From Thermoplasmata archaeon (lineage in GTDB: Archaea; Thermoplasmatota; E2; DHVEG-1; B18-G2), in contig JAGGZU010000015.1 in NCBI GenBank assembly GCA_021161865.1, forward strand, positions 1 to 36,977: 36,977 nucleotides of DNA, given 5' to 3'. The translations under genes were made by a program, and so were the position numbers. Under the pieces are notes generated by a model that made no database searches, was not told where the DNA came from, and saw only the letters and a list, made by a program, of their open reading frames with translations. Shown in pieces: positions 8,143 to 16,575 of this stretch (position 1 is the stretch's first letter; the number at the start of each line of letters is the position of its first letter).

Positions 8143-10305
8143 ATGGTGGTGTGGAAAAGTATTACTAAATCTTTCCTGTCTTTACTTTTGGTTGTTTTAC
8201 TTTGTTTAAACCATTTTGCCTTCTCTGGCGAGGCTACTTCGTCTCCAACTCCTTCTGACACTTGGGTTGATGCAACCTTTGATTTGATGGTTGTTAATGG
8301 AACCGTCTTTGATGTTGACGTGAAACTTAATGCTCATAAGATAAAGATTTTTGATGAGAGTTATAGTGCAGAGGAGATTAGGCAGAGGTATGATGAGGAT
8401 GGAGCCGCCTTTAAACTGGTGTTGTATAACAGTGTGGAATCTCTTTTAGAGGAGGTTTTTAATGATTGTGAGTTGACGATCTCTCGTCCAACTGTGGATG
8501 AAAACAGTTTAGCTTCAACTGGTGGTGTTAACCCTTTTAATCCGCCGGTGGTGTTTCACATGGATTGCCGTGTTTCCTTAACTCCTGCTTTTTTTGATGT
8601 GGAAAACATTACATCCATAGGTAATCTTGTGAATGGTATATTTGACATGGGTGGACGGGTTGTTTATTCCTTTGGTTTCTCTGCTGATGTTGGTTGGAAT
8701 GTAACTTACAGTTTTTTTCTCCCAAAGGCTATGAGAACAACTGAGGTGAAAGGCGGCATTCTTTCGCTCTCTGGTGATGAAATAACCTGGGAGGTTGAGA
8801 ACTGGGAGGGTAATGAGGAAAAAACAGAGGATGGTTCTTTTGTTTTGAAGTACGTGAACCCCACCTCAAGTTTTGATCATGAGAGTATAACCATGGATGT
8901 ATCCTTCGATCTTAGACCTCTGCGTTACACAAGGTTGAACTGCACATTTAACGTGTATGCTGTTAATTTAACAAAACTGACTCAGCCTCCCTCTGTTGTT
9001 TCAGGTTTGTCCTTTATCCCAGCTGATGGTGTAAGGTTGTTTGTTGACGAGGGCTTGTTCTCTTGGGATGAATTTTATTCTAAGGTTTTTGAACCTTTGA
9101 GGGAGGTTGCTGAAGAGTCGTTGAGTTCTTCTTTGAATATCACGTTCAACCCTGTTGTTAAGGTTAATGTTTCTTCAACATCAAACTGTTCTCAACCCTA
9201 TGATACATCTAAGATGGATGTTTCTCCTCCTTTGTCAGCTGTTGTTTCGGATGATGTAGATTTAAAGGTTTGTAACCTCTCTGCACGTGCTTTGTTGGGT
9301 TTTGTTTACGCTGGTGGAACCGTTGAGTTGTCTAAGTATAGTATACCTGTTGGGGATATGGGGTATCCTTTTGTCGCACATCTTGTGTTGCCTGATGATG
9401 TTAATGGTGGTGTGTCTTGGAATTTTTCTTCGCCTTTAAACACTTCTTTGTGGTGTAGTGGTGCACCACATTATAAGGGTGAGAGGGTTGAAAGGGTTGT
9501 TGAGGGTGATTTAAAGAGTATTGACCTTGATTTAACCAGTGTTTTAACCGGTAAAAGCGATGTCGTTGTCACGGTTGATGCAACTGAGTACTACAACATT
9601 TATCATGTTAAACCACCTGCAGAGTTTGTTTTACCGCGCGAAATCCATATTTCTCAGATTAACGCTGATCTTATGCGGCTTTGTTTGGAGGAGGGTGTGT
9701 TCAGTGATGAGAGTTTTCAGATGTTTTTATCTAATCAGGAAAAAACCGCTGAGCAGCATTTTCTCAGTATGTTTGGTGTCCCAGATGTAAAGGCGTACAT
9801 TGATAAGAATAAGCTTGGGGAGAGTATGAGTTGGGATGGTGATGTTAGTGATATGAGTGACGAAAAACCTTTTACTGTACCTTCATACACCCATATATCC
9901 TACAACACAGGTTTCAGGTTTTCGCTTATCCCCTTTTCCTTTGTTGTTGAGAATCAGAGTATAGTCTGTAGTGGTGTGCCTGGTGAGAGGGTGGTGTATC
10001 GTGTTGTTCTCCCAAGGAGTGTGGATGTTTTATGTAATGAGACAGGTGTTTTTATCAATAGAACCGATGATGGCAGAGAGGTTATCGAAATAGTTTTTGA
10101 TGAGAACGCTGGAAATGAGACAAGGGTGATTTCGTATTCTTTAAAAGCTTCTCCAATGTTTGTTGTATTAACTTTTCTACCGTGTTTGGTGGGTTTGTTG
10201 ATTATTATACTGTTGGTTGTGATACTTGTTATGGTTCGTAGGAGGAGACGGCGGGCTCTACCAGTTTACAGACAGGATGAAACTACACCGCCATCACAAA
10301 AGTAG
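8143..10305 (+). CDS. Secreted, C-terminally membrane-anchored N-x-S/T-rich protein of unknown function
   Basis: Track ORF is 8071-10305; I prefer ATG 8143 because of the TATA position. Signal-like N-terminus MVVWKSITKSFLSLLLVVLLCLNHFAFSGEATSS. About 15 N-x-S/T sequons. C-terminal TM FVVLTFLPCLVGLLIIILLVVILVMV followed by RRRRRR. No catalytic motif recognised. Confidence 0.7.
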   Translation: MVVWKSITKSFLSLLLVVLLCLNHFAFSGEATSSPTPSDTWVDATFDLMVVNGTVFDVDVKLNAHKIKIFDESYSAEEIRQRYDEDGAAFKLVLYNSVESLLEEVFNDCELTISRPTVDENSLASTGGVNPFNPPVVFHMDCRVSLTPAFFDVENITSIGNLVNGIFDMGGRVVYSFGFSADVGWNVTYSFFLPKAMRTTEVKGGILSLSGDEITWEVENWEGNEEKTEDGSFVLKYVNPTSSFDHESITMDVSFDLRPLRYTRLNCTFNVYAVNLTKLTQPPSVVSGLSFIPADGVRLFVDEGLFSWDEFYSKVFEPLREVAEESLSSSLNITFNPVVKVNVSSTSNCSQPYDTSKMDVSPPLSAVVSDDVDLKVCNLSARALLGFVYAGGTVELSKYSIPVGDMGYPFVAHLVLPDDVNGGVSWNFSSPLNTSLWCSGAPHYKGERVERVVEGDLKSIDLDLTSVLTGKSDVVVTVDATEYYNIYHVKPPAEFVLPREIHISQINADLMRLCLEEGVFSDESFQMFLSNQEKTAEQHFLSMFGVPDVKAYIDKNKLGESMSWDGDVSDMSDEKPFTVPSYTHISYNTGFRFSLIPFSFVVENQSIVCSGVPGERVVYRVVLPRSVDVLCNETGVFINRTDDGREVIEIVFDENAGNETRVISYSLKASPMFVVLTFLPCLVGLLIIILLVVILVMVRRRRRRALPVYRQDETTPPSQK

Positions 10306-11493
10306 ATGCATCATTTTTGGTAGTAGATGCAGAAGTTTAGGTGAGTTTTTTATTATTGGGAACAGGAGACGTGAGGGGTAGTCGATGTCACCGTACTGTG
10401 ATATTATTGAAATTATGGTTTCATCCTCTAGATAGGTGAAGTAGTGTTCTATTTCATTGTCGTTCATGTGTATGAATCGTTTACGTATCTTCATGCCGAA
10501 GCTTATCTCTCGTTTTATGTCTTTTGTCCATAGTTCATGGTATTTTTTTAGAGTATCAAATGTGGGTTTGTTTTCCTCCAAGGCCTCTGCTGCAACCTCT
10601 GAGCAGTGTTTTGAGGAGAGCAAACCTGTGTATAACCCTCCTCCTGAGATTGGTTTAACTTGTGCCGCTGCATCACCGACTATCATAACATTATCTTTAA
10701 CGGTTTCGTTTATGATGCCAAGCGGTATGTTTCCTGCTGTTATGTTGGTTATCACCGCATGTTGAAGGTAGTTTTTTGTGGTGGGGTAGTTGAAGAGGTC
10801 GTTGAACAGCGTTTTAACTGGTTTTGGAAGGGGTTGTGTGGAGCCTAAACCTATGCGTGCTTTATTTTTTTCTGTTGGTATTATCCAGGCGAAGAAACCT
10901 GGTGCTATTTTTTTACCAAGAAAAACGTGCACGTACTGCGGTTCAACGTCAATGTTTTCCACCTCTGCCCCAATTCCTAGCAGCATCTCCTGTGGCTCAG
11001 GGAGGTTAAACATTTTTCTAACCTTTGATCTTGCACCATCTGCTCCTATCAGTATTTTTGAGGAGATGAACGTGTTTTCGTTGCCATGTTTAACCCTTGT
11101 TTTCAAAAAACCGTTTCCTTTTTCTATTTCATCTAACGTTGTGTTCATCAGGTAAACAGCTCCGTTTTTCTTCGCCACCTCTGCAAGGCTTTTGTCAAAC
11201 AGCACTCTATCTATTGCAAAGGCACGGGGTTTGTCATTTTTTATTAAAACTGTTTTTCCCTTGGGTGAGTGGATGTATGCGCCGTAGAGCTTGTTTTGTG
11301 TTACTGTTTCTGCATCTATGTTTACAAGGTCAAAAACTCTTTTTGAGACCAATCCTGCGCATTTCAATGGCACTCCGATCTCCTTTTTTTGTTCAACAAC
11401 CGTTACATCGTATCCTTTTTGTGCAAGTGATGCTGCTGTGCTGCTGCCTATCGGACCGCCGCCGATTATGGTAGCATCCCCATTTATTTTCAT
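10294..11493 (-). CDS. Geranylgeranyl reductase-family FAD-dependent oxidoreductase (paralogue 1)
   Basis: 399 aa. Rossmann motif IIGGGPIGSSTAASLAQKGYDVTVVEQ, then PLKCAGLVS, GADGARSKVR and VGDAAAQVKPISGGGL, typical of the GGR family. Confidence 0.8.
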   Translation of the reverse strand: MKINGDATIIGGGPIGSSTAASLAQKGYDVTVVEQKKEIGVPLKCAGLVSKRVFDLVNIDAETVTQNKLYGAYIHSPKGKTVLIKNDKPRAFAIDRVLFDKSLAEVAKKNGAVYLMNTTLDEIEKGNGFLKTRVKHGNENTFISSKILIGADGARSKVRKMFNLPEPQEMLLGIGAEVENIDVEPQYVHVFLGKKIAPGFFAWIIPTEKNKARIGLGSTQPLPKPVKTLFNDLFNYPTTKNYLQHAVITNITAGNIPLGIINETVKDNVMIVGDAAAQVKPISGGGLYTGLLSSKHCSEVAAEALEENKPTFDTLKKYHELWTKDIKREISFGMKIRKRFIHMNDNEIEHYFTYLEDETIISIISQYGDIDYPSRLLFPIIKNSPKLLHLLPKMMHLLL

Positions 11494-11516
11494 TAGATTT
11501 AAGTATCATGCATGGA

Positions 11517-11523
11517 TTTATAA
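11517..11523. promoter_or_regulatory. Shared near-palindromic TATA element (TTTATAA) in a 46-bp divergent intergenic region
   Basis: Centre is ~27 nt from ATG 11493 (minus-strand GGR, leaderless geometry) and 20-32 nt from ATG 11540/11552 (plus-strand gene). Confidence 0.45.
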
Positions 11524-11539
11524 CAAAATCGGTGACATC

Positions 11540-11890
11540 ATGGATGGGGTAATGTTTACTGGATTAACTGGGTTGATAGTGTTTTTGGAGAGTGTTTGCG
11601 GCCTGTTTTTTTTGTCAAGGAGGAAGAAAAACGTTGAACAGGTGGAGGAGGAGAAGCCTGACCTTATTTCTAGGTTTGTTGTGGATGGCTCCGGCAAGAA
11701 ACTTGGTGAAAGTATATCCGTTGATGATGACGTGCTTATCATTAAAACATCAGGTAAATACCTTGGCGTTCCTCTTAAACATGTCGAGGAGAAGGATGAT
11801 GTTTTGCAGGTGAAGGGACTTGTAAGCTTTGACAAGGCTGAGGAGCTTGGCAGGGAATGGCAGAGTAAATATTCTAAACCCGGGGAGTAG
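11540..11890 (+). CDS. Small N-terminally membrane-anchored protein, possibly PRC-barrel-like
   Basis: Track ORF 11291-11890 overlaps the GGR gene, so I trimmed it to ATG 11540 (alternative 11552). Sequence runs MDGVMFTGLTGLIVFLESVCGLFFL (TM), then RFVVDGSGKKLGESISVDDDVLIIKTSGKYLGVPLKHV, which resembles a PRC barrel. The fold call is tentative. Confidence 0.5.
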   Translation: MDGVMFTGLTGLIVFLESVCGLFFLSRRKKNVEQVEEEKPDLISRFVVDGSGKKLGESISVDDDVLIIKTSGKYLGVPLKHVEEKDDVLQVKGLVSFDKAEELGREWQSKYSKPGE

Positions 11891-11892
11891 AC

Positions 11893-12246
11893 GTGGATTA
11901 CAAAATGGTTGTTGTTACCCGTAGCGATTTACCTCTTTCTCCGGGTAAACTTGCTGTTCAGGTTGCTCATGCTGCTGTGGTTTGCGCTTTAGCTACTAAA
12001 AGGAAGAAACCAAAATGGTTTCAAGCTTGGCAGAGTGAGGGGGGTAAGAAGGTTGTTGTTAAGGTTGAGAGTGAGGAGGGTTTTTATGGGTTAAAGAAAA
12101 AGGCAGAGAAACTTGACATAGTTGCTGAGATTATCACGGATGCGGGTTTAACTGAGGTTCCACCTGGTACAAGGACGGTGCTTGGTGTTGGCCCTGCACC
12201 AAACAACTTGATTGATCAGGTAACCGGCGATCTTCCTCTTTTATAG
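11893..12246 (+). CDS. pth: Peptidyl-tRNA hydrolase, archaeal/eukaryal Pth2 type
   Basis: 117 aa. SPGKLAVQVAHAAV and TDAGLTEVPPGTRTVLGVGP motifs. GTG start at 11893 or ATG at 11905. Confidence 0.85.
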   Translation: MDYKMVVVTRSDLPLSPGKLAVQVAHAAVVCALATKRKKPKWFQAWQSEGGKKVVVKVESEEGFYGLKKKAEKLDIVAEIITDAGLTEVPPGTRTVLGVGPAPNNLIDQVTGDLPLL

Positions 12247-12301
12247 CTTGGGGTGCAAAAGTTATTTTTAGAATAAACCTGTTTTTTTGTTTGGCAGAGT
12301 A

Positions 12302-12874
12302 ATGAAAAAACAGATTCGCGTAATTGGTATAGATGATGGTCCTTTTACTTTTGATCAAAAAAAGGTTGTTGTTGTTGGTGTTGTGATGAGAGGCAGTGGT
12401 TACATTGAGGGTGTGCTTAAGGAGGAGGTCACGGTAGACGGCGATGATGCCACTGGAGTTTTAGTGGGCATGATAAACCGTACGAGGCATCATGATCAAC
12501 TTCGTGCTGTCATGCTTGATGGTGTAGCATTGGGTGGTTTCAACGTGGTTGATGTTGACATGCTCTACCGTGAGACAGGCATTCCTGTTGTGACCTTGAC
12601 GAGGGATCCACCGGATTTTGACAGCATGAAGAAAACGTTGAGAAGTAAGTTTGTTGATTGGGAGAAACGGTGGGAGGTTATCAAAAGTAATGTACTTTTT
12701 GAGGTTAAAACGAAACATAACCCTGTGTATGTTTCTTCATCCGGTGTTTCAAGAGAGGAGACGGAAGAAATAATAAGGATGTTCACGATACGAGGGGTTG
12801 TGCCTGAGCCTTTGAGGGTTGCTCATCTGATAGCGTCGGCGATAGTGAGAGGTGAATCATATGGGAAAGCCTAA
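12302..12874 (+). CDS. DUF99 / UPF0215 protein (endonuclease V-like fold family)
   Basis: N-terminus MKKQIRVIGIDDGPF is characteristic of archaeal DUF99. ATG 12302 preferred over the TTG at 12287. Confidence 0.65.
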   Translation: MKKQIRVIGIDDGPFTFDQKKVVVVGVVMRGSGYIEGVLKEEVTVDGDDATGVLVGMINRTRHHDQLRAVMLDGVALGGFNVVDVDMLYRETGIPVVTLTRDPPDFDSMKKTLRSKFVDWEKRWEVIKSNVLFEVKTKHNPVYVSSSGVSREETEEIIRMFTIRGVVPEPLRVAHLIASAIVRGESYGKA

Positions 12875-13055
12875 AGCGGTTGTTAATCGTGAGGTATGTT
12901 TAGCCTGTGGTGGATGTGTTTCTGTTTGTCCAGAGGATGCAATTATGTTGGTTGCCGGTAAAGCGGTTGTTGATAAAAAAGGTTGTATAAGTTGCGGCAT
13001 CTGTGTTAAAACCTGTCCCGTTGCTGCAATATCTTTTGAGGAGGTTACCAAATGA
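12861..13055 (+). CDS. 2x[4Fe-4S] ferredoxin
   Basis: Two CxxCxxCxxxCP clusters (CLACGGCVSVCP, CISCGICVKTCP). GAGGTGA SD precedes ATG 12861. The stop overlaps the next start (ATGA at 13052-13055). Confidence 0.85.
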   Translation: MGKPKAVVNREVCLACGGCVSVCPEDAIMLVAGKAVVDKKGCISCGICVKTCPVAAISFEEVTK

Positions 13056-14236
13056 GGTATGATGTGGTTGTTGTTGGTAGTGGTCCTGCTGGGAGTGTTA
13101 CCGCACGGTTTGCTGCAGAGAGAGGCGCTAAGGTTTTGATTGTTGAAAGACGTAGTGAGGTAGGTGTTCCTGTCCTTTGTGCCGAGGGGATTAGTAAGAA
13201 GGTTGATAGCTATAACCTGGTTGAGGGAACAAAGTGGAAGGCTGCAAGTATGGCTGGTGCCAGGATTTTTTCACCAGATAGAACAATGGTGAGATTATCT
13301 GCGGAACTTGCTGGTGCAGAGACAGGTTATGTGTTGAATAGGGAGTTTTTTGATAAGGAGCTTGCACGTGGGGCTTTGAAGGCTGGTGCAAAGCTTTTGG
13401 TTAACACCTTGGCGACGGGTTTGATCACGGATGGAGGAAGAATCAAAGGTGTTAGGATTAAGCGCTTTGGTGAGGAGTTTGATGTTGAAGCAGATATAGT
13501 TGTTGGTGCTGATGGTGTTGAGTCCAGGGTTGGTAAATGGGCTGGGATTAACACGACCTTGAAACCCCATGATTTAGAGACCTGCGCTCAGTACACTCTT
13601 TCAAATGTTGATTTTGAAGAGGGTTACTCGGATTTCTATCTCGGGAAGCAGATTGCTCCAGGTGGTTATGTGTGGGTTTTTCCTAAAGGAAAGGATGTTG
13701 CTAATGTTGGTATAGGTGTCCTTGCTAGTTTAAGTAAACCTGGTGAAGCTAAACGTTTACTTGATGAGTTTATCGCTTCTCATCCTGATTTAAAAGATGG
13801 TGAACCTCTTCGTTTCCTTGCTGGTGCGGTGCCTGTTGCAAAACCTATTGAGGCCACCAGAGACAATCTTGTTCTGGTTGGCGATGCTGCACGTCAGGTT
13901 GACCCAATAACTGGTGGTGGTTTGATGGCTTCTATTGAGGCGGGTAAGGTGGCCGGTGAAACTATTGGTAAAGCGGTTGAGTTGCAAAGGTTTGATAAAG
14001 AGTTGTTGTCTGAATATGAGGAGAGGTTGAGGCAGACGCTTTACAGGAAATTTGAGAGGAACTATGTTGTTAAAGAAACCATGTTAGGTTTTGATGATAA
14101 AACCCTCAACATGTTGGCTGATTCTTTGAAGGATTACAACTTTGAGGAGTTGAGTACGCTTAGTTTGATTAAAGCCCTGGTTTCGAAACATCCAAGTTTG
14201 TTACCTAAGTTGAAACCACTTCTTAAGGCGAGGTAA
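13052..14236 (+). CDS. Geranylgeranyl reductase-family protein (paralogue 2; candidate digeranylgeranylglycerophospholipid reductase with a dedicated ferredoxin)
   Basis: 394 aa. VVVVGSGPAGSVTARFAAERGAKVLIVER, PVLCAEGIS, GADGVESRVG and VGDAARQVDPITGGGL. Translationally coupled to the upstream ferredoxin. Confidence 0.85.
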   Translation: MRYDVVVVGSGPAGSVTARFAAERGAKVLIVERRSEVGVPVLCAEGISKKVDSYNLVEGTKWKAASMAGARIFSPDRTMVRLSAELAGAETGYVLNREFFDKELARGALKAGAKLLVNTLATGLITDGGRIKGVRIKRFGEEFDVEADIVVGADGVESRVGKWAGINTTLKPHDLETCAQYTLSNVDFEEGYSDFYLGKQIAPGGYVWVFPKGKDVANVGIGVLASLSKPGEAKRLLDEFIASHPDLKDGEPLRFLAGAVPVAKPIEATRDNLVLVGDAARQVDPITGGGLMASIEAGKVAGETIGKAVELQRFDKELLSEYEERLRQTLYRKFERNYVVKETMLGFDDKTLNMLADSLKDYNFEELSTLSLIKALVSKHPSLLPKLKPLLKAR

Positions 14237-14240
14237 AGAC

Positions 14241-15053
14241 ATGAGATGGGGTTTGGTTGCTAAACCGAATGACAAAACCGTTGAGAGGATAGCGAAAGAG
14301 GTTTATAGTTTTATTAAGGAAAACGGTGAGGTTTTTGCTGAGACGAAGATCGCAAAGCCTCTTGGTATAAAGGGCTTTTCAACCGCTGAGATAAATAAGG
14401 AGGCGGAGGTTGTTGTTACCGTTGGTGGTGATGGTACAATACTGTTTGCACTTAAGGAAATCGATAAACCTATTTTTGCTATTAACTCCAGTGCAATGGG
14501 TTTTTTGACTGAGGTTGATGCAAAGTATGCTGAGAGTGGACTTAAGAAACTACTCAAAGGTGATTACAATGTTGAGGAACGGGCGAAGCTTAAGGTGTTA
14601 TTGGATGAGGAAAGGCTGCCTGATGCTGCAAATGAAGTCACGGTGCAGACTGCTACTATTGCAAAGATAATTGATTTTAACATATTTGTTGACGATGAAG
14701 TGATTGATGTGCTTAAGGCTGATGGTGTTATCATAGCTACACCTACTGGTGCTACAGGGTATGCGTTGAGTGTTGGTGGACCCATTGTGGATCCCCGGGT
14801 GGATGCCGCTGTTATCGCCCCCATTGCTCCATTCAGGTTGTCAACCCGTCCATGGATAGTGCCGATTGACAAGAGGGTATGTGTTGAATTGGCTGGTGAG
14901 AGTAAGGTCGCTAAACTTGTTGTAGATGGTAGAGACTCCTTTGATCTGCATCCAGGACAGAGGGTGTGTATAACTCTATCTGAGACGAGAGCAAGATTTA
15001 TAAGGTTTGGTGAAACGTTTTATCAAACAGTAAGATTGAAGCTGGTTAGGTAG
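14241..15053 (+). CDS. nadK: NAD kinase
   Basis: 270 aa. GGDGT motif (VVVTVGGDGTILFA) and ADGVIIATPTGATGYALSVGGP, typical of the NadK/PpnK family. Confidence 0.85.
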   Translation: MRWGLVAKPNDKTVERIAKEVYSFIKENGEVFAETKIAKPLGIKGFSTAEINKEAEVVVTVGGDGTILFALKEIDKPIFAINSSAMGFLTEVDAKYAESGLKKLLKGDYNVEERAKLKVLLDEERLPDAANEVTVQTATIAKIIDFNIFVDDEVIDVLKADGVIIATPTGATGYALSVGGPIVDPRVDAAVIAPIAPFRLSTRPWIVPIDKRVCVELAGESKVAKLVVDGRDSFDLHPGQRVCITLSETRARFIRFGETFYQTVRLKLVR

Positions 15054-15058
15054 ATACG

Positions 15059-15466
15059 TTGTTTTGGAAGAAAAGAAGGGTAGCTGAAACAGGTTTTGTT
15101 CACTGGCGGATTAAAAAAAGATGTTTGGAGATGATTTTGGAGAGCTCAAAGTCTACTTATCCAAACGAGTTTGGCGCTCTTCTTCGTGCCCGTGATAACC
15201 TCATTACTGAGGTGATTTTGCTTCCTGGTACCGTTGAGGGTGATAGGCATGCTATATTTAATTTCGCTATGCTTCCAATCGATTACTCGATTGTGGGTAC
15301 TGTGCACAGTCATCCATCTGGTAACCCAACACCATCTGATGCTGATCTTCAACTGTTTTCTAAAAGAGGCAAGGTTCATATTATCGTTGCTATGCCCTTT
15401 GACGAGTACTCTTGGAGAGGTTATGATGGGCATGGAAACTCGATTGATATTGAGGTTGTTGAATAG
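15059..15466 (+). CDS. JAB1/MPN/Mov34 (JAMM) metalloprotease-domain protein
   Basis: Complete JAMM signature: E (YPNEFGALL) and HSHPSGNPTPSDAD (HxHx7Sx2D; nt 15305-15346). Start uncertain: TTG 15059 or ATG 15131. Confidence 0.75.
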   Translation: MFWKKRRVAETGFVHWRIKKRCLEMILESSKSTYPNEFGALLRARDNLITEVILLPGTVEGDRHAIFNFAMLPIDYSIVGTVHSHPSGNPTPSDADLQLFSKRGKVHIIVAMPFDEYSWRGYDGHGNSIDIEVVE

Positions 15467-15504
15467 ACAACTTTTTAATTACTAAAAAGCTTCTTAGCAG
15501 GAGG

Positions 15505-16575
15505 ATGTTGATGGATTACTCTTTGGTTGATGTTTTAGTGTTTGCTCCACTTGCTCCTCTTTTGGCGTTAATCCTGTTTTGGTTTATTCAGCTTCTGATG
15601 ATTGAGAGTTTGAAGCATCAGCTTTCTAAGATATGGGAGAACCATGGTGCATTGTGCAGGTTTTCAAACTTCATGGGCGTACTCTTCCAAACGATTGCGC
15701 ATGTCGCTGGTTATACTCTTACCGGCATAGGTGTTGCTGAGTTTTCTTTAAGCGTTGATGATAGCAGAGTTTCACCGAAGAGGGAGAGGAAGGGTGTTCC
15801 TGAGTGGATTGCAAATCTTTTTCTTACTCTTGGCCCCTTTTTCATACCCTCCTTTGTTGTTTTTCTTCTACTGTTGTTTTCTCCAGACGTTTATGCTGTT
15901 TTAAGTAATCTTGTGGTGGATGATAGTTTCACTTTTTCAGGTATGTTGATTTCCTTTGGTTCTCTTCTTCATCAGTTTGGTGTAGCTTTTTTAACGTTTT
16001 TGATAAACCTTGATCTTTTCAATCCTTTTCATGTTGGTTTTCTTGTTCTTTTCCTGTTTTTTGGTCTTGGTATAAGACCAAGCTATATCGGTGAGGAAAG
16101 AAGAAGGGTAAGTATGCTTTATGATCTGTCGATGATTAAAAAAATGCTAACAAATCATCCTGTCTATGTTATAGCAACTATTGCAGTAATTTACATCATT
16201 TTTTATCTTTTTTTCCTTTTGAAAGTACAGTTTTATGTTATATTTTTTTCATTTCTTGGATGGCTTTCGATTATAGCTATTGTGGCCATTTTAGCAGCCC
16301 ATGTTTTGGTGATGATGTTTAGGGTAAGCGACCTGTTACCCTCATACAAACGCTTTCTACCGTTCGTTGTGCCGGTTGTCTCGTACATAATACTCCGTCT
16401 TTTTTTCCTGGTTTTTCCAACCAGTTTACAGTACTCTTTGTCATTGGTTTTGACCGTTGTTGCAACCGTTGTTGTCAGCATACTCTTACTCGAGTTTGAG
16501 ACCAATAAGCTTAAAATGTTTTCGAAGATAGGGCAAAGGAAAGGAGAGGATGTTGAAGATGAAAAACGAGGATGA
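15505..16575 (+). CDS. Polytopic membrane protein, unknown function
   Basis: 356 aa, at least 8 hydrophobic spans, no motif recognised. AGGAGG SD at 15498-15503 favours ATG 15511 over 15505. The 3' end overlaps the next gene by 26 nt. Confidence 0.65.
   Translation: MLMDYSLVDVLVFAPLAPLLALILFWFIQLLMIESLKHQLSKIWENHGALCRFSNFMGVLFQTIAHVAGYTLTGIGVAEFSLSVDDSRVSPKRERKGVPEWIANLFLTLGPFFIPSFVVFLLLLFSPDVYAVLSNLVVDDSFTFSGMLISFGSLLHQFGVAFLTFLINLDLFNPFHVGFLVLFLFFGLGIRPSYIGEERRRVSMLYDLSMIKKMLTNHPVYVIATIAVIYIIFYLFFLLKVQFYVIFFSFLGWLSIIAIVAILAAHVLVMMFRVSDLLPSYKRFLPFVVPVVSYIILRLFFLVFPTSLQYSLSLVLTVVATVVVSILLLEFETNKLKMFSKIGQRKGEDVEDEKRG

Noticed and set aside
11291-11539. N-terminal extension of ORF 11291-11890
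   Set aside because: It would overlap the geranylgeranyl reductase gene on the opposite strand by ~200 nt. A TATA element and ATG 11540/11552 give a sensible start just before the TM segment.
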